From: an uncultured Gemmatimonadales bacterium
Lineage (GTDB): Bacteria > Gemmatimonadota > Gemmatimonadetes > Longimicrobiales > RSA9
DNA length: 64,000 nucleotides
Direction of reading: 5' to 3'
Assembly: GCA_963741945.1 (NCBI GenBank)
Contig: CAVUKA010000003.1
Location: forward strand, 828,489 to 892,488
Positions within the stretch are counted from its first letter, which is position 1. Every line of letters begins with the position of its first letter. Below, piece after piece: positions 59,746 to 64,000 of this stretch. A program made the translations under genes and the position numbers. The notes below the pieces were generated by a model. It was not told the DNA's origin. It was given only the letters and a program-made list of their open reading frames with translations, and made no database searches.

Positions 59746-62270
59746 GGCACATCCTCTCCGAGCTGCCGCACAAGCTCTGCCTGAGCCTCCCGTCGTTTGA
59801 GGCTCTCATAGCGTTCCAGCAGGCTCTCGAGGTCCAGGGGCGCTTCTATTGAGTCCGGCTGGCTCCGAGGTTGGAGGCGGAGCCTGTCTCGCGCCCACCC
59901 AATGTTCGAATCCGAGATGCGTCGAGAAACCTCCTCGTAGAAGCGCTCCCTCGACCACTCTCCGGGCCTTGACTCGAGCGGGTGAAAAATCTGCTGCAGA
60001 TTTGCCCTAGCGTCGGGGCGAGCGTCGTGTGATTTCCACCAATCAGAAGAAGTGGCGAGGATTTCGGTGAGGGTGAGGAGGGCGACGGCGGTGACGCCGG
60101 TAGACGCGTCCAAGCGCTTCCCCAAGACTCGATTTGCCCGGACCCAGTTCATCTGGCCTGTGGAAATCGCCACTCTGGCGACAGCGAACAGTCGCTCGAG
60201 ATCGACAGAGCTTACTTCTAGGTCGGCAGGCAGTTCAGAAATGGGCCCCATACTATTACAACGACCATCGCCGTGGAATCGATTGCGCGCGACTTCAGAG
60301 ACCGGCCACTTGCTGGGTTCGGCGACAGAGAGTAAGCCATTGTAAAGCCTGGAGGGCACGGCACCCTCCCCCCAGCGGACCCAATCAAACTCCATCCCCG
60401 ACGTCCACAGGGGGAAGGCATTCAGAGGCTCTCCTCCTTGACGTGCCAGGACATACCAGAAGAGATCATTCTCATTTAGAAGAAACTCGGCGCTCGTTGA
60501 GACCGGATCCAACGCCAACAGATGCCGAGGCAAACCGTAGACTCCGGGGGCCAACCTCACGAAGGCTCCGTGTATGGTCAGCACGGCAGCGGCAGAGCTG
60601 TCGGGGTACCGCGCTTCTGTCCGTTCGCGGAACCGTGCGATCAGCTCGCGGGACGGCAGCGGGCCCTCGCTTGCGAGCACCGACGCAAGCTGGCCAGCGA
60701 TCGTCTGATCGCCTTCGTTTGGAGGGGACCGCTTCAGTGCCTCAGCCGCCTGCACAGGAATGCCAGCGAGGTAATCGGTGACGGGGATAAAAGGAGGAGC
60801 AGGCTCCATTTTCCAATCGACCGCCCCGATTCCGAGGTCGCCGCAGTCGAGGAACAAGTGCGAAAAATCCTCATCGCTAACCGTTCGTTGCACGTCGTTC
60901 ACGGTCAAGGAACTGCCCGCTTCCCGCGCGAGGACCCAGAGGCGGAGCAGCGGAATCGGCCGTCCTCTCCCCACGAGCAGGTCGTGGAGATCTAGCGCAC
61001 GGCGGCGATAAGTGGTGAGAGGCCGCCTACATGCGTATTGCCTGTATGGGATGAGGTTTTCGGACACTACTGCGGCCAACGCCCACGGAACTCCCTCCCC
61101 TAACTTCAGGTCCTCCAGCCGCCGCGCGACCAAGTCCTGGAACGATCGCTCAAGCTCAAGAGAAGCCTGGAGAATCGCCTCTCTATGAAGGGGACCTCGA
61201 TAAAAGGCGTTGCCGAGGTACTGACTCGTCGCGTCTAGCCACTCCTCGATCCCTCCGGCGTGCACGGTGAGATACAGACGTTCCAGCCCCTCAAGTGCCG
61301 CATCCCAGGCATCCGGATCCCGGATAACGAAATTCGTTGAGAGCGCGAGTTTCCGCCACAGCATTTGGTCGACCGATTTCGGGATACCCCGGCCGTCATT
61401 GAGCTTCTCAAATGTGCGATTGCGGATTTGGCGGACTCGCTCCCGCGTAACGCCGAGCTCAGCCCCAAGTTCGTCCAGCGTAAGGCGCTCCGTTTTCCGG
61501 TCTGGGAATCGAGCAGCCACGATTCGTCTTTCGCGGCCCTTCAGAGCGGCGCTCTGCTGCTCCCACCACTCAGCGGGCGTGCTGTACGTAGGGTGAGGCG
61601 GGATGGCTTCGCTGCTCTCGGATGCACATGACTCCTCTGAAGCAGTGCCGAACTCCGGCCCGTCAGACGCGGGCGCTGGCGTGGTGCTGCCCATGGAGTC
61701 TGAGGAAAGACCCCCAGCGGTGCTTTGGGACCGATCATCTTCTCCTGCGCTGCCTGTTGCTCCAGGTACAACTCTGGCGACACCGAGCTTCCGCAGTCCC
61801 CGCACGAGTTCCGCAGCCCCCTTACGCCCCAACAGTGGGATCTGCCGGAAGTCTTGAACTCCCCAACCCGCAAAGTCAGCCAGCCTTTGAAAGCCGCTTC
61901 GCAGCAATGCGTTCGAGATTCTCGTGCTTAGCTCGAGCTCCTCGACCGGTGTGGTCCGGAGTCGCGGGGGGATATGTAGTGGGGGTTTGCTACGTCGCAT
62001 CGGTTCGATTTGTGGCTCAGATGAGCGAGTCAGGACCCGAACAACGGACCTGACGGGTGGCAGGGGGTGGGACCAGCAGCTGAGACCGAACTCATTTTTC
62101 GCAACAAAGATGTTAGCGAGCGATGGATGCGGCAAGCGACAACTACTTTCCTCCACTGGCCAAAATGGCCCAACGCTTATCCTCTCTCCCCGTAGGGCTA
62201 CTTGTGCCTCAGGTTCGAAGGATGGGCGACGTTTTCCAGGCGGATGCGGCACGTTGGCCTCCGTGATCAC
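59742..62270 (-). CDS. Large protein with RNAP alpha-CTD-like and sigma70 region-4 HTH domains (start uncertain)
   Basis: 'VEELELSTRISNALLRSG...IPLLGRKGAAEL'; 'RERRIVAARF...TLDELGAELGVTRERVRQI'. Confidence 0.75.
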   Translation of the reverse strand: MITEANVPHPPGKRRPSFEPEAQVALRGERISVGPFWPVEESSCRLPHPSLANIFVAKNEFGLSCWSHPLPPVRSVVRVLTRSSEPQIEPMRRSKPPLHIPPRLRTTPVEELELSTRISNALLRSGFQRLADFAGWGVQDFRQIPLLGRKGAAELVRGLRKLGVARVVPGATGSAGEDDRSQSTAGGLSSDSMGSTTPAPASDGPEFGTASEESCASESSEAIPPHPTYSTPAEWWEQQSAALKGRERRIVAARFPDRKTERLTLDELGAELGVTRERVRQIRNRTFEKLNDGRGIPKSVDQMLWRKLALSTNFVIRDPDAWDAALEGLERLYLTVHAGGIEEWLDATSQYLGNAFYRGPLHREAILQASLELERSFQDLVARRLEDLKLGEGVPWALAAVVSENLIPYRQYACRRPLTTYRRRALDLHDLLVGRGRPIPLLRLWVLAREAGSSLTVNDVQRTVSDEDFSHLFLDCGDLGIGAVDWKMEPAPPFIPVTDYLAGIPVQAAEALKRSPPNEGDQTIAGQLASVLASEGPLPSRELIARFRERTEARYPDSSAAAVLTIHGAFVRLAPGVYGLPRHLLALDPVSTSAEFLLNENDLFWYVLARQGGEPLNAFPLWTSGMEFDWVRWGEGAVPSRLYNGLLSVAEPSKWPVSEVARNRFHGDGRCNSMGPISELPADLEVSSVDLERLFAVARVAISTGQMNWVRANRVLGKRLDASTGVTAVALLTLTEILATSSDWWKSHDARPDARANLQQIFHPLESRPGEWSRERFYEEVSRRISDSNIGWARDRLRLQPRSQPDSIEAPLDLESLLERYESLKRREAQAELVRQLGEDVP

Positions 62271-62734
62271 AACTCAAACAGCAGCGTAGCGAGCAGGGGT
62301 TCGGCCTCGTCCATCGGAATAGCCGAGATGAGGAGCCGGCCTGCCTCCGACCTTAGTTCCGGCGACCTGACCAGCAGATCCCACACTTCGTCTGTCAGCC
62401 CGCCAACAGCTCGCGCAGCAATCAAGTCTCGGGGAGAAACGTCACCCTGGGCAGAGACCTTCAACCCTTCCGAAGGGATCACGACCCAGATGCCGTCGTT
62501 CTGAAGTCGCCAAAATGGATAGTTCGGTTGGAGCCGAGTTCGCGCAGCGTCGAACTGAGCCAGCAAAGTCGTGAGCGCGTCGTGCACTTCGGCATAGGGA
62601 AGGAAGCGGCGCCCCCTTAGCCTACATTCACGCAGCGCATACAATAAGAGCAGCGGTTTGTGAGGAGCCCTTTCGCCAGCGCGCTTCCAGCGGACGATCG
62701 CTCCCAGACGCTCCAACATTTGGCGTTCCGTCAC
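62267..62734 (-). CDS. Stand-alone sulfur-binding-domain (SBD)-like protein, no HNH domain
   Basis: 'GERAPHKPLLLLYAL' and 'PNYPFWRLQNDGIW', the signature of the N-terminal domain of ScoMcrA-type PT-dependent endonucleases; GGAGGT RBS. Confidence 0.75.
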   Translation of the reverse strand: MTERQMLERLGAIVRWKRAGERAPHKPLLLLYALRECRLRGRRFLPYAEVHDALTTLLAQFDAARTRLQPNYPFWRLQNDGIWVVIPSEGLKVSAQGDVSPRDLIAARAVGGLTDEVWDLLVRSPELRSEAGRLLISAIPMDEAEPLLATLLFEL

Positions 62735-62836
62735 GTGAGATCACCTCCGCCGGTCGTCGCTCATGCTACGATCGAAGTTCCCAAAATTACGCCCCATATC
62801 GAGTTTCGAAGTTATGAAATGCCTTTTGTATTGAAT

Positions 62837-63469
62837 TTAGAAATCTCCCGAGAGGTACAGCCTCTCCCGGCAATACCTATGTTCCCAGTTCTCCTTCTTA
62901 TGGGCGAGAAGGCGTTCGATTGACCGCGCCTCTCGATTGATGACGAAATAGGCGTTGTGTGCGGAGGTGTCACTTACTAAACCGAGGAAACCCCGGCCCA
63001 AGTATAGCCGCATGTCCGTGGTGTAGTACTTTGCCTCGATGGCAATCACTACCTTATGACTCCTAGGGGCCACGGCTGTGCCTTGATTACGACACACCTC
63101 CGCCTCATCATGAAATATGACTGCAACATCGAACTCGTGAAGCACGGCGGAGCGTCCCGAAACTCTTATTCCGAGGTGCGCCTCAAGATCCGGGCACCCG
63201 GGGAAACGGATCACTGCGTAGCCGTAATTGCGGTGGTTTGAATTGATGTAGCCTGGACTGGTGCGAAAAACGAAGGGACTTGGATGGCTGCCCTGAATAG
63301 ACCTCAGTTCGATCGCTCCGCCTTCGGTCTCGGCAGCCTTCAGCACCAAGGAAAAGAGGTAGGCTTCGTATAGATCATGTACCGCTGACGAACTAGTCAG
63401 CGAAGGGAGCACCGCCTGTCCTAGCGCTGCCTGTATCTCAGCGAGCAGATTCGGTCGAATTGGCAACAT
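62837..63469 (-). CDS. Putative PD-(D/E)xK nuclease-fold protein
   Basis: 'DLYEAY', 'HEFDVAVI', 'AIEAKYY'. Confidence 0.6.
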   Translation of the reverse strand: MLPIRPNLLAEIQAALGQAVLPSLTSSSAVHDLYEAYLFSLVLKAAETEGGAIELRSIQGSHPSPFVFRTSPGYINSNHRNYGYAVIRFPGCPDLEAHLGIRVSGRSAVLHEFDVAVIFHDEAEVCRNQGTAVAPRSHKVVIAIEAKYYTTDMRLYLGRGFLGLVSDTSAHNAYFVINREARSIERLLAHKKENWEHRYCRERLYLSGDF

Positions 63470-63941
63470 TCCCTCCACGGCGCAGTTCCTCGATAAGTGC
63501 GACAAGCGAGGCTGCCGCATCCTGGCGCTCCGCCGCTTCAGTACGACGTAGCTCAAACATCTTCTTTACTTCGGCTTCTGGCTCGAACACCAAGTGCTCT
63601 TGAAGGCCGAAGCCCTCCAGATTATCAAAGGTTGCCTCTGCAACCGCATTTGCCTTCGGTATCGCTAGAACTATGGCATCTAGGAGTATCTCCAGGCGTT
63701 CTGTCGCGGAGTACTCCTCAGAAACAGCGAACGTTTCCGTCTTGGTCGAAGGTGGGCGTTGGTAATAGATCTCAGCATCCAGAAGTTCGCGGTGCTGCTT
63801 GGCCCGAAGACGTCTAGTCTGAACCTTGCCGAGGGCAATCTGTTCCTCCACTTCCGCGATGACCCACTCCAACTCCTGTACGCGGAGGGCATCCGCAAGT
63901 TGATCGTACGCTTGTCGGGCTTCGCTTGCAGTCAGATCCAC
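63438..63941 (-). CDS. Hypothetical helical protein
   Basis: 167-aa ORF, AAGGAG RBS, overlaps the next gene. Confidence 0.65.
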   Translation of the reverse strand: MDLTASEARQAYDQLADALRVQELEWVIAEVEEQIALGKVQTRRLRAKQHRELLDAEIYYQRPPSTKTETFAVSEEYSATERLEILLDAIVLAIPKANAVAEATFDNLEGFGLQEHLVFEPEAEVKKMFELRRTEAAERQDAAASLVALIEELRRGGNVANSTESAR

Positions 63942-64000
63942 AGGGCTCCTTTGGTGGAAAACCGTTCATGGGTTGCCGCTAATGTAGGACCCGCTGCTAC

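Noticed and set aside
1-64000. tRNA, rRNA or prophage genes
   Set aside because: None recognised by eye; a covariance-model scan would be needed to exclude small RNAs.

Overview
High-GC bacterial chromosome segment. The gene content and style suggest Gemmatimonadota, but that assignment is inference only. Roughly 1-22 kb is housekeeping and envelope genes (dnaE-accA-ricT/PSP1-metG, M23 peptidase, FadJ-like enzyme, DsbA/VKOR, alkaline phosphatase, gyrA). Roughly 22-38 kb is mixed accessory DNA: a GxxExxY nuclease gene embedded in about 10 copies of a REP-like motif, an atypical type IA topoisomerase, a SIR2-pseudoreceiver gene plus NUDIX, a 9-bp VNTR, an AbiEi/DUF559 gene with flanking inverted motifs, a split S9 peptidase and an octaheme cytochrome lipoprotein. 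Roughly 38-44 kb is a decayed toxin-antitoxin/HIT-HNH cluster. 43.8-48.7 kb is a three-level IS nest (IS21 inside IS3 inside IS3) in which the two inner elements have intact target duplications. 48.7-64 kb is a visibly lower-GC defence island on the minus strand. It carries a DNA phosphorothioation module (XRE-dndC-dndD-dndE-dndA plus a truncated nuclease-DGQHR gene) and a pbeABCD-like module. The pbe module is extended upstream by two genes with overlapping start/stop codons: a stand-alone sulfur-binding (SBD-like) domain and an 842-aa alphaCTD/sigma70-region-4 protein. This extended PT locus and the GxxExxY/REP-like arrangement are the best candidates for undescribed biology. All calls come from motifs read by eye; no database searches were run.
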